DNA of 64,000 bases from Geosiphon pyriformis uo1 (taxonomy: Eukaryota; Fungi; Glomeromycota), in assembly GCA_016748015.1 (NCBI GenBank), contig JAAOMT010000703.1:434001-498000 (forward strand). Direction: 5' to 3'. Below the pieces are notes generated by a model. The model was not told where the DNA came from and did not search any database. It saw only the letters and a list, made by a program, of their open reading frames with translations. The translations under genes were made by a program, and so were the position numbers. Positions 48,195 to 60,400 of this stretch are shown here, piece by piece (the stretch's first letter is position 1; each line of letters opens with the position of its first letter).

Positions 48195-50540
48195 TTTTTT
48201 TTTTTTTATTATGAGTTTAATGAGTATGGCCCAACCACCATCTAAAAATTAGAACCAAACTAAGTGATTTAAGACTAAATATAATTCACATATTTATTAC
48301 ATGTAACCAACTACTCAAGCCAGTTTAGGCTATACTATGTTGATGCATTAGAAGAAAACTTACTTAAAGAAGACATTTTTTGAACAATTTCAAATAATGT
48401 AGCACTATTATTAACCAATTCAACCAATCATTCAGCTGTTTTAAAGACATTAGCCTTTATAGCAGCAGATTTATGTTTCCAAAGAGACATCAAATTAGAA
48501 AACATATCATCATCAAAAGATGACAAATCTTCATGAAGGCCAGACATATTAATGTTTTCAAAATCACACTTAGTTTTCAGAGCAACTATTTCTCATTCCA
48601 ACTTATCAACAGCTCTGCTAAAGATACTTATGTGAACCAAAACCTTATTGACTTTAATGTTAAGAGGAGAACTTGAAACCAGATCACTATTAACAAATTG
48701 TTCAAAAACTTTGATCATAGAACCAATAGGCTTAACAATAAATTCAACCAAAACAAAAAGCTTGGCTAAATCAGATTCCAGAGATGCCAGTCAAGAAAAC
48801 ACCAAAGAATCTACAACAGCAATAGGAAGAGCAGCAATTACCAAAAGAGAAAACTCAGAAAGAACAGGGGAAACAGATGTCTTTACATAAGACAAAGAAC
48901 CAACAAAATGTGGTTTAAACATCTTGGAAGCCTTAAGGAGGGGAGGTGAAGCAATCTTATAGTCCACAGCCAAGTGGCCTATCTCTTAACACCAAAAACA
49001 ATGCTGACAACCAGGAGTTTCCAACCAGATATAGCACTTTCTTAGTGTATTAGTTTTAACAACAGCAAAGTCTAAATTAGCTTGAAAACCAAATATAACC
49101 AGAGCAAAGCGAAAACAATAACCAAAATCAGGAGACCAAGGAATAAAACAAGACTGACCACCAACTTGAAAAACCATATCACTGATTTCAAAAGCAGTGC
49201 AGCCAGGAAAAAAGTTGACCAACTTGGCCTTAAATCTATCACAAGACACAATTGTTTCTTGTTAATTCACAAAGGGAAGAATTCATATACTATCCTTACT
49301 CATCAAAACTGACCAGTGATTAAGAGCAGATGTGGCAGCAACTAAATTCTCAAAATAGACCACAATATACTGCCAAATACCAGCAGGTTTTAGCACAACA
49401 CAAGTAATCACACCAAAAACACTAAGAGCTGTCTTAATGTCAGCAGCAAACACACCCAAAAGCACATTACACAGTGCAACAACAGCAAAAAGAGAGCCAG
49501 ACTCAGGAACTACCAAGAACTTGGCAATTTTGAAGATGACCAAACATATAGAGCTTGTAAGCTCAATCAAAAATGCAGCTTCCAAAAACACTTGAGAAGC
49601 AAACTTCACACAAAACAGCTTTACATTGTCTTTTAATACTGACTTTGCACCCAAAAAACCATGTACTGACTGAAAAACAGTCTTAACATGAGCCAATTTA
49701 ATCTTGAAAATAGCACCAAACATCAAAGTAGAGGCCATCCACCCAGCAAATCTTTGATAACTAGTAATAGTTTCTCAAGCACTACCAGAAGTAACACCAG
49801 AAACTAGAGGAAAAGATAACTCAGTTTTTATTTGATCAATCCAGTTTTCAAGAACAGGTAACCCAACAGGAAAAAATTGCTTTGCTTCTAAAACCAGTGA
49901 TGATCTGCCAGAAGACATCACATTTGGCAACACAGCCAGTGGTTAATCTTGGCCCATCTTAGACAACATGCCAGATAATGCTACAAAGATCTTATCTAAA
50001 ATCTCATTAGAAACCACAAAGGTATTTGGTGTAACAATAGCAAAGGCAAATAACTGCTTCCACTTATTTGAACTTTTGGTCTTTTTGACCATTTTTTTTA
50101 AAGAAAAAGTGCTAGCAACACCAGATATAGAAGCCATAGAAAGAAAGACCAGCTTATTAGCTGGTCTATTATTAAATACTTTTGGGCTCTTAATAGAGAT
50201 AGAGACAACACTGGGACTAACCCAAGTGTGTTTCTTTAAGGGAACTTTGACTGGTGAAAAACCAGTCAAAGATAAGGAAGTTGCTTCAGTGGCTACCAAA
50301 GACAACTTATCACGATTATTGGGTAAAGAGAAGACTTCTAAAACGTTTTGTCTAGTTGCTTCCACAACAGAAAGAACTTCTCTGGTTGAAATTTTATTAG
50401 ATATCTCAGGACAGATATCAAGTGCAGCTTTTTTATTCTTTGCTCTGATCATGATTATAAAATTAAGGAAACAAAGAGTTTTTGTTTATTTTTTGGTTAA
50501 TTTTCAGTTTTATTTAATTAAAAAAACCAATTAAATAATG
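48195..50540 (-). mobile_element. Non-autonomous ORF1-only non-LTR element with LINE-type 3' tail and poly(A)
   Basis: A single decayed ORF from 50452 to ~48336 (two RRM-like blocks, CFWC*EIGHLAVD knuckle) is followed directly by the shared tail and an A13 run (T run at 48195-48207). No ORF2 sequence is present. Confidence 0.8.
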
Positions 50541-50886
50541 TAATTTTAAAATTATTAAAACAAAAACGTTTTTTCTCTTAATTTTATAATTATAACCAAA
50601 ATAAAAAGTTTCAAATATTAATATTTTTATAAAATTTTAACAAAATTTTTTTTTGGTATTAAAACAGTTAAACAAAACATCTTGACTATATTTTTTTTAA
50701 ATATTAATAATAAAAAACTGTTTTTTTAATAATTTTTAAAACATTTTTTTATTTTTAACTAGTAATTTATTTCTAGTCAAAATTTTTTTCAAAAGACATA
50801 TTAGTTTTAATATTGTTTTTATTTTTTAAAAAGCTTTAAAGTTTTTAATAATAGACTGGTTAACAAATTGGTTTTTTTGTTTTTAC

Positions 50887-50926
<40 letters not shown>

Positions 50927-51959
50927 TTTATAAATAATCAAAAAAACTAAAAACTTTAAAAAATAGCAGCAATTACTTGTGTTTATTAATATTATACTGA
51001 TTTTTTTGTGGTTTTAAATAAAATTTTCTTAATAATAATTAGTTTTTTTTTCATATATAAGCAATAATAATAATAATATATTTTTTAAAATAAATTAAAA
51101 TTAATTATTTATTGTATTATTAAATATAATATCTTTTAACAAATTTTTACTAGTTTTAAAATTAAAACAACTTATTAAATTATTTGATTTTAAAGATTAA
51201 ATTAATTAGATAAAAACTAAATTAATGTTGTTACAGGTAAACTTGGTGGGATATAGTAATAACATTTGGTGCTCTAATTTAGTATTCTAAGATTGTATGT
51301 TTTTTACAGAGTTAATGTTTATTAGTCTCTAAAGGTTTTTTCTGGATGAGAACTTATCCATTGAGTTCTTTGGTTATAAGACACAGAGTTTTGGTTTTTG
51401 CTGATTACAACTTTTTATAATGGTGAACTTTTTTTTTTGAGCTAACGAGTGCAGTTGTTAGGGTCTGGCATTGTCTTTTTACTCTTCTGATAAGCTATCA
51501 AGATAATATTAATATCCAAAAACCTAGGAAAGCTTTTCTCTTTTATCAGGCTATCACAAAGTCTATTCTTAGACAGTTGATTTTTTTATGTTACCACTCC
51601 ACAAGAGAAAAATAAAGAAAATAAAAGAAAATAAAAAAAAAATAAAGAAATAAAGAAAATAAAATAAGAAATAAGTGTCTTGTCAATAACCATAATCAAA
51701 AGCTATTGTACCAGCAGATTAAGTAGTAGATAATAACATGGATTTGAAGAATTGAAGAGATATTTTATTAATATAATTCTATTTCGGTTGATAGCAACTA
51801 TCCTTGAAAGGAGAAGTATTTAATAATTATGGCCTGTGAGTCTAATTGACTCTAAGAATCTAATTAACTCCTGAAAGTCTAATTTTCTTCTTGAATGTCT
51901 TTTTAACTTTTACAGTTACTCATTTTTATACATTTTTTTTGTTCTACAGGATTGCTTTT

Positions 51960-52172
51960 GATTGCTTCACTATTGCTAACTATTGTTTTGTTATTGTTAG
52001 CTATTGCTCGTTATTGCTAGCTATTGTTCATTATTGCTAACAATTGCTTATTATTGCTAGCTATTACTTATTATTGTTAGCTATTGCTTGTTATTGCTAG
52101 TTATTGCTCATTATTGCTAGTTATTGCTCGTTATTACTAGCTATTGCTCATTATTGTTAGCTATTGCTCACA
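51960..52172. repeat. ~20 bp tandem repeat (ctattgctcattattgctag) in LTR U3; second copy at ~54310-54462
   Basis: Seen directly; unit number differs between the two LTRs. Confidence 0.85.
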
Positions 52173-54554
52173 TTTGTCTTGTGTTATCTCGAGTTGTACC
52201 ACGTTTTTTTTGTTACCTTTTTTTGTCACATTTTTCTATAGCTTTTTGGTTTTTCTACTCAGGTAATATTATCCCTCTTTTTTTAAAATTGAGTTTCTGC
52301 AAAATCATATATTTTTCTCTCTTGTCTTTATGTTGTTGCTATAATTTCTATTGCTATTTTTAAATCTATTTTGGTACATGAATGGTGTTTTTAAACTATA
52401 GAAATCTGTCCAAGATATCTAATTTCAAATTCTGTATTCATATTATGTGCACATTTAGCCATAATGCCCTCATTATTATTACTGAATTGAGTTAATTCCT
52501 GCTTCATTATAAGATCTAGAAGTGTGATATATTGTTTGGTGTTTGAAATGGAGTTTGAATTGTTGTTGTTATTGTCAATGGAGTTTGAATCATTGTTGTC
52601 GTCATTAGCAGAGTTTGAATTGGAATTAAGTTCTGATTCTGATTCTTACTGATTGGCTCGTTTTCTTCAGAGTTCAAATATATAATGTGTGGAAGTAGAT
52701 TGTGACTCAAGGCCATCAGGTGAATTTTAATGATTTGTTAATTGATTTTGGTACTGCTAATTCTCAAATTTCTTTTTCTTCTCTAAGTCTTTTTCATATT
52801 GACACTTTCCTAACACTGACTTTTGGCATAGAAGAAAGCAGTCTTTGTATAAGTAAGTATGAATCTGGGTAGTTTTTTTTTTGAAATTCTTCCAATAAGT
52901 CTTTAAATAATCGGAGTTTTGAATTTCTAGAGATTTGACAGGTTTTATCTAAGGTAAGTTTCCTTGTACAATAGCAGGGTTGAACTTATCAGGTTTCAAA
53001 TGTTTGAGTTTTGAATGATTGAGTCTTGAATAATCAGAGTTTTAACTTTAACAAGTTTTACCAAAGGTAAGTTTTTTTATACAATAGCAGGATTGGAATT
53101 ATTGAGTTTTGAATAATTTTCAGAGTTTTTAATTTAACAAGTTTATTGAAGATAAATTTTTTATATGATAGTGGAGTTGAAATCATCAGGTTTCAAATAA
53201 TTTTCAGAGTTTTTAATTTTAACGAGTTTTTGAATGATTAGGTCTTGAATAATCAGAGTTTTAATTTAATGAGTTTTATGAGTTTATCAAAGATAAGTTT
53301 CTAATGTTCGGGGTTTTAATGATCAGGTTTTGAATAATCAGAGTTTTAATTTAATGAGTTTTATGAGTTTATTAAAAGTAAGTTTTGAATGTTCGGGATT
53401 TTAATAATTAGGTTTTGAATAATCGGAGTTTTAATTTAATGAATTTTTCAAAGGAAATATTAAAATAAAGATTTTGCAAATCCTAAATGATTTTTCTCTT
53501 GTTTTTTCTTGGTTTTTCACTTTTATGAATTTCTGGGGGGCTCGGTCTCTGTGGATTTATAACCTCACAGAGAATACCAAATGTTACAAGTAAACTTGGT
53601 GGGGTATGGTAGTAATGTTTGGTGCTCTAATTTAGTATTCTAAGGTTGTATGTTTTTCACAGGGTTGATGTTTATCAGTCTCTAAAGGTTTTTTCTGGAT
53701 GAAAATTTACCTATTGAGTTCTTTGGTTATAAAGCACAGAGTTTTGGTTTTTGCTGATTACAACTTCTTATAATGGTAAGCTTTTTTTTTCAAGTTAATA
53801 AGCACAGTCGTTAGGATCCAGTATTGTCTTTTCACTCTTCTAGTAAGCTATCAAGATAATATTAATATCCAAAAACCTAGAAAAAGCTTCCCTCTTTTAC
53901 CAGACTATTATAAAGTCTATTCCCAGACAGTCAATTTTTTTATGTTGCTGCTTCACAAAAAAAAATAAAGAAAATAAAAGAAAATAAAAGAAAAATAAAG
54001 AAAAAAATAAAATAAAATAAGAAATAAGTGTCCTGTTAATAGCCATGATTAAGAGCTATTGTGCCAGCAGATTAAGTAGTAAATAATAACATAGATTTAA
54101 AAAATTAAAGAGATATTTTATTAATATAATTTCATTTCAGTTGATAGCAATTATTCTTAAAAGAAGGAGTATTTAATAATTATAGCCTGTAAGTCTAATT
54201 GATTCTAAGAGTCTAATTGACTCCTGAAAGTCTAATTTTCTCTTTGGATGTCTTTTTAACTTCTACAGTTACTTGTTTTTATACATTTTTTTTGTTCTAC
54301 AGGATTGTTTCACTATTGCTAGCTATTGTTTTGTTATTGCTAGCTATTACTCATTATTGCTAACTATTGCTTGTTATTGCTAACAATTGCTCATTATTGC
54401 TAACTATTGCTCATTATTGCTAGTTATTGCTAGTTATTGCTCGTTATTGCTAGCTATTGCTCACATTTGTCCTGTGTTACTTCGAGTTGTATCACATTTT
54501 TCTTGTCATGTTTCTTTGTTACATTTTTCTATAGCTTTTTGGTTTTCTACTCGG

Positions 54555-55529
54555 TGTTATCAGAGGTTTTTGGTCTCTTTTTTTGAATGTTGTTAATGCT
54601 GATTTGCTGTGAATTCACGTTCTCAGGAAGTAGTTGGACCTCCAGTAACTGAATTTATCCTTAAATTATCTTCTATAATTTGAACTGCTGGGCTTATAAG
54701 TGGAATAGCCAATTTTTTGCCAGTTACTTTATGTAGTTATGTTGTAATAAATGTCAACTCTTTCCCAGGAATTGTTTGTCTGGAAGCTCACTAAAAATGT
54801 GTAGTTACTTTGCTGTAAAAATCAACTCTTCTACAGGAATCTTGTCTGTAGATTACCTAAATGATTATGATAAGAAAAGAAAAAAAAATAAAAGAAATGT
54901 AAAAAAAATAGATTTTTATCAAGGGAAACGTTTTCTATCCAGGCCTGGAGTCACTAACAGTTTATTGAAATTGGTAGCTAATCAATTTCAAAATGTTAGT
55001 TGGGTTTTTGAGGATTTTCCAAGTACAATAATTTAAAGAATTTGGTTTTTTAAATTATTTGATATTTATTTGATTTTTGTAAAAAGTAATTTGTTTCAAT
55101 TAAGATATCTAAAATAGGATGCTATGGTAAAATACTATGAAAAGATACATTTTCTTGAAAAGAGAAGCTCTTCTTTTATACAACTTGTTATAGTACTAGT
55201 CTTTGAACTTGCACTTTTTTTTTTACTACAATTTGAGTGAACTAAAGATACATTTCAGTAAACTTACAAGTTATTTCACTGAACTATTAATTATTTCGGC
55301 CAATTTTCATTAATTTCGGCGAATTTTGACTATGTTAAATGGTTCAGGGTATTGTGTAATTTGATCATCTTAATTTCTAGAGTACAAATCGGATTATTGA
55401 TTAAGTAATGATTTTTGATAATTTGATTAAATAATAAGTGATAATCGAAATAATAATATGTGCTAATTAATAATAATAATTATGAGAGTAATTTTATGCT
55501 AATTAATAGCTAGAATTCTACTGGTAACA
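54555..55529. mobile_element. Solo LTR inserted in the terminus of another LTR
   Basis: tgttatcag...ctggtaaca termini; TSD tcgg at 54551-54554 and 55530-55533; the host terminus gtaaca resumes at 55534-55539. Confidence 0.88.
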
Positions 55530-56170
55530 TCGGGTAACAATGTCTTTTTTTTGTTTTTTAATATTGTTTCTAATAATATTTAAAAAACAATTTTTATCTG
55601 TCAAAAATTTTTTAAGTGAATAACTTCTACTTTAGTATTTAATACTATTTTTAAAATTAAATTAGTCTTAGTTAACTTTTTGTTTGATTTGTTATCAAAT
55701 TTTATTAGATTTAAGTTTGTTTTAAAAAATAATATTAAATTATTTTATATGAATTTTACTTCTAATTTTTATTTATTTATTGTTATTATACTTAAAATTA
55801 AAAAATTTTTGTAATAACTTTTGGGTTTTTTTTCTATTTTTGTTGTATTTTATAATATTTTTTTGATATATTTTTTAATAACATAAAAAGTACTTCTGGT
55901 ATTATTATTTTAATTAAATACAAGTCTATTAATTTATAACAATATGCAATTGTTTATTTTAAAACTTTTATTTTGCTATTATTGTTTTGGTTTACTGGTT
56001 TGTTTTGATTAAAAAAAACAGTATTAAGATTTTTTTTAGTTAATTAAAAAAAATTATTATTTTAAAAAATATTTTTAAAGCCAAATTAGTTAATTTTTTT
56101 TAGTTATACTGTTTTTAAAATTAATAATTTGATTTTTTAAGTTAATAGCTATATTTGTTTTATTTTTTAC

Positions 56171-56203
<33 letters not shown>

Positions 56204-56814
56204 TTGTTATTATAATTTTTGATTTTTTGAAGATTTTTAAATCTTGTTATCTTAAAAATTAATATTTTATACAAGTATTATATCTAATAAAAAATTTTTG
56301 AATATTATTATTATTATAAATATTAAAATTTAAACTATTTGGTTTTAAAGTACAAAATATTATTATTATTTTTTTTAAGTTTGTATTTTAAATAGCTGCT
56401 CTTTCTAAAATTTTCAAATTACATATTATTAAAACTAAACTATATATTTTAATCTTAGTTTTTGCTGTTTTAATTTCTTTTATTATTAATTTTTTTGTTG
56501 TTATTAGTGTTTTTATTGTAAATTTTTTAATTAATTTTTATTTGGTTTCTTTGAAATTTGAATTAAGTATTTTGTTTTTTTGGTTAGATTTATTGTTAAA
56601 TTTATTAATTTTTTGATTATTTTGATTATTTTTTTGTTAAACTTTTTTTTTATTTTATATAAAAGCTAAAAAATATAGTTATTATAATATAAAATAAAAT
56701 TTTTACTTTTAATAAATTTTTAAATAAAATCATTTATACTTAATTGTTAACTTTTTGAAAGTATTAATTGGTTAGTATTAAATTAAATATTAATAAAAGT
56801 ATTAAATAGATAAA

Positions 56815-57442
56815 TATTATTATTATTATTATTATTATTATTTATTTATACAATTAATGAATAAAGCTTAATTACTATCTAATATACAGAATTGAACTAA
56901 GTAACTTAAACTAAATACAATTTATACACTTATTACATATAACTAACTACTTAAATTAAATAAAACAACACTATATATTTATAAAAACTTTTACACTACT
57001 ATTTAAACCAGAAAAAAAAAAACACAGCTTTTGTTTACTAAAACTAACTACAAAGAATTATATAATGTCAAGAAACTTAGCTATACTGTTTAATAATTCA
57101 GTTATCAAGCCACTAGTTAAACCAAATATCATACTATTATCTCTTACCAAACTAGTTTTCTTTATTTCAACTTTAAATTTAGACTTATTAAGCCAAATTA
57201 TAAAATAATGTTTTTTTATTAGCTAATCTATAAACATAATAATTGTTATTAAAGGTTTTTTTTTGGTCTTAAAGACTGTTAATATTTTAACACAAAACTT
57301 TTATAAATTATAGTATACAGACTTATATTCAGTAAACATCTAAATAGAGTATTTAATACAGATAAAAAAAAAAAAAAAAACCCAAAGAACTCTAACAGTA
57401 TTTTTTTATGAAATCTAGCATTTTTAGTATAAGTAAAGACAT
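56815..57442 (-). mobile_element. Decayed LINE 3' end with a (TAA)n-like tail
   Basis: Colinear with 17260-17865 and 24480-25050; interrupted at 57443 by an LTR. Confidence 0.75.
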
Positions 57443-60400
57443 TATTATAAATAAACTTAGTGGAATATTATGGTAATATTTGGTGTTCTAAATTTAAATA
57501 GTAAGAAACTTAAAGATTTCTATTTTAAATACTTAAGATAAGTTGATAATATTAGTCTTTAAAGGTTTTTTGCTAATTTTATCTATAAAGTTTTTTGGTT
57601 ATAAGATACAAAAAGATGCTTGGCTGTTTGCAACTTAAGTATATAAACTATTTTCTTCAAACTAGTCAAGTGCAGTTGCTAAAGTTTGGTAGTTTTTTTT
57701 TTTTCTGGTAAACTAATAAGATAATATTAATATCTAATTCTAAAAAAAGCTTTTTTTTTTACTAGACTATTATAAAATCTATTCTCAAACAGTTAATTTT
57801 ACAATGTTGCTGCTCTACAAAAAAATAACAAAAAAAAATAAAAATAAAAAATAAAATAAAATAAAAGAAATTAGTATTATTAATTACTATAATTAAGAAC
57901 AATTAGTCTAAATCATTATTGTTTAAGGCATTTTTATGCTAAAAATATCTAATTAAAAATAAAAATAGAAAAACAATTAATTTAATTTTAAACACAAAAT
58001 TTATAAATCATATATGAATAAGTTTGGAGTTTTGAATATTTTTTTTATTTGAAATAATATAGATATATAGATAAAATAGATTTAATAAATATGAATAAAA
58101 AAATATATTTTTTATCTTGTCTTTTTGTTTGTTCTTTTCTACTTTGCTAAAACTATTCATTTTTATACATATTTCTAGTTTTACAAAATTACTTTTGATT
58201 GTTTGTTATTATTAGCTATTGTTGCTATTTTTGTTGTTGCTTTATTCTTTTATACTATAATTAGTTATTGCTAGTTATTCTTTATTATTTCATGTTATTG
58301 TGTATTATCTTATATTATTTTAAGTTATAATATGTTATTCTGTATTATTATATTTTTTTAAGTTATTATATTTTTTAATCATGTTTTTTTAATATCTTTT
58401 GGATTGGTTTTTTTATTTGAATAATATTATCTATTTTTTTTAAAATTAAGTTTTTATAAGATTCTATGTATTTGTAAAAATTGTTTTTTCAATATAATAT
58501 TTAATTGTTATGTTAAGTATTGCTTTTTGTAGATTTTTAAACTGTAAGTTTGTCATTTATCTTATGTTGTTAACTGTAATAGTTTTTAGTATATTATTTA
58601 ACAGTATAACTAAACAGTATTTAAAGACTGCATATAATTAATAGATTGCTTTGTAGTATAGTGTTAAATTACTTCTTTCTATGAATTTTTTTACTTGTTT
58701 AAGAGCTTTTCTATTAAAGATTTATTTGTTAAGATCTTTATATAATCTTTCTAATCTTAATTGTTTATTAATTTTAAAGAGCCAATAAATTAATAAGTCT
58801 TTTTTTCCATACTCTAGAGTTTTTTGGTATTAATATTCCTGTTACTGGTTTCAAGTTTAGTTTACTTAAAGTTTCCTTGATTTTGTTAAGCTTTGCTTAA
58901 CATGTATTTTTTTTTCTTGATTTTTTATAAAGATAAAAATGCTCAGTTTTAGTTGAACTTTTATTTACCCCTTTTTTGTATGAATTTCTGTATCATATTT
59001 TTTTTATTAATTATAATTTTTATTGATGTTATTGATTTTTAAATTGCTTCAAATAGTTGTTTTGAAAGTCTTAAGATTTGATTTAAAAAGTTTATGTTGA
59101 AAATTCTATTATTTTTTTTCTGTTGTTTTGATTTTTATATATACCTAAATTTTTCAATTTAAATTATTACACATAGACTACATTTTGATAACAATAATTG
59201 GTTTCAGATTTTATGATATATTTTCTGGTTTAATTAATAAAATTTGTGTTTTTAATTAAAGTACAAATAATGATGACTCTTAGTTAGTATGATAAATTTT
59301 TAGATGATTTTTATGTACTACTTTTTTAAAATTTTGTCTTTTAATCATAATTTGTAAGTTTTATTGCTTAAAACTTTGTATATGTAAAATGATTTGTTTT
59401 ATTTTGGGTTAAACTTTCTATTTTATTGTTTCTTAGCTTAATACAATATAATAGTACTTTGTTTTCAATTTTGAATTCAACTGGTTGGTTGAATAAGCAA
59501 TTATTATGTCTTTTTTTTTGTTATTTCTGAACATTATTAATATTGTTAACTGCTATTCTATGATTGTTTTTTAATGTTTCTATAAGTTGATATGTTTTTT
59601 GGTATAAAGTAACTTCAAAATTTTCTTTAATAATTGTTTTTATTGAGAAAAAAAGTAATTATTGTTAATAAGTAGAATGGTTTTTCTTTTATAAACTAGT
59701 TTAAATAATATAAACTAAATAGTATTTTGCTTTAATATTTGGTATACAAATAATACAGAAGATATAAATAAATTCTATTCTTATGTGTTTTCCTAACTTA
59801 TTTTTGCTAATGTTTTATACAATGTTTGGTTAAATTTTTTTATTAGTTCATTTATTTGTAAGTAATATAATAATAATAATAATTACTTTATTTCAAATTA
59901 TTGGCTTAGTTTGACTAATATATTATTAACAAAATAAGTTTTTTGGTTAAATAATAATTCTTTTAAGCATCTATATTAGCAAATCAGATATTAATGCACA
60001 AATTTGACTACTGTTTTAATATCTGCTATTTGAATAATTCTGGCTTTAAACTATTTAATTAGGTAGTTTATAACTACAGCAATATAATAATTTTCTTTGA
60101 ATATAATTAAAAGAAAACCAACCAAATTGATTCCAATTCTATTAAATAAATTTTCAACTGAAATAAGTTAAAGTGGTTCTGTAGTTCTGGCTTTTTTTTT
60201 CATTGGTATAAGTTACAATTGTTAATATATTCAAAGATATCTTTATATATTGTTGGCTAATAGTATAAATTTATTATTCTTTTCAGAGTAGTATTTTTGT
60301 TAAAGTGTTCTACAGTTAGATCAGAATGCATATTATGTAAAACAGTTTCTTTTTTATTGTTTTTTATAACTTATTGTAGAATAGTATAGTTTTGGTATTC

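Larger units (their letters stand above)
51229..55539 (-). mobile_element. Internally deleted non-autonomous LTR element
   Basis: LTRs at 51229-52268 and 53582-55539 (the latter interrupted), PPT after 52268, PBS at ~53563-53579, TSD atgt at 51225-51228 and 55540-55543. The 1.3 kb interior has tandem repeats and a fragment of the dUTPase start. Confidence 0.9.

Noticed and set aside
33675-50534. Many plus-strand ORFs over transposons (e.g. 35059, 41512, 49968)
   Set aside because: Antisense shadows of minus-strand transposon ORFs.
51960-54462. Regular short repeats resembling a CRISPR array
   Set aside because: No unique spacers and no cas genes; these are LTR and internal tandem repeats in a eukaryote.
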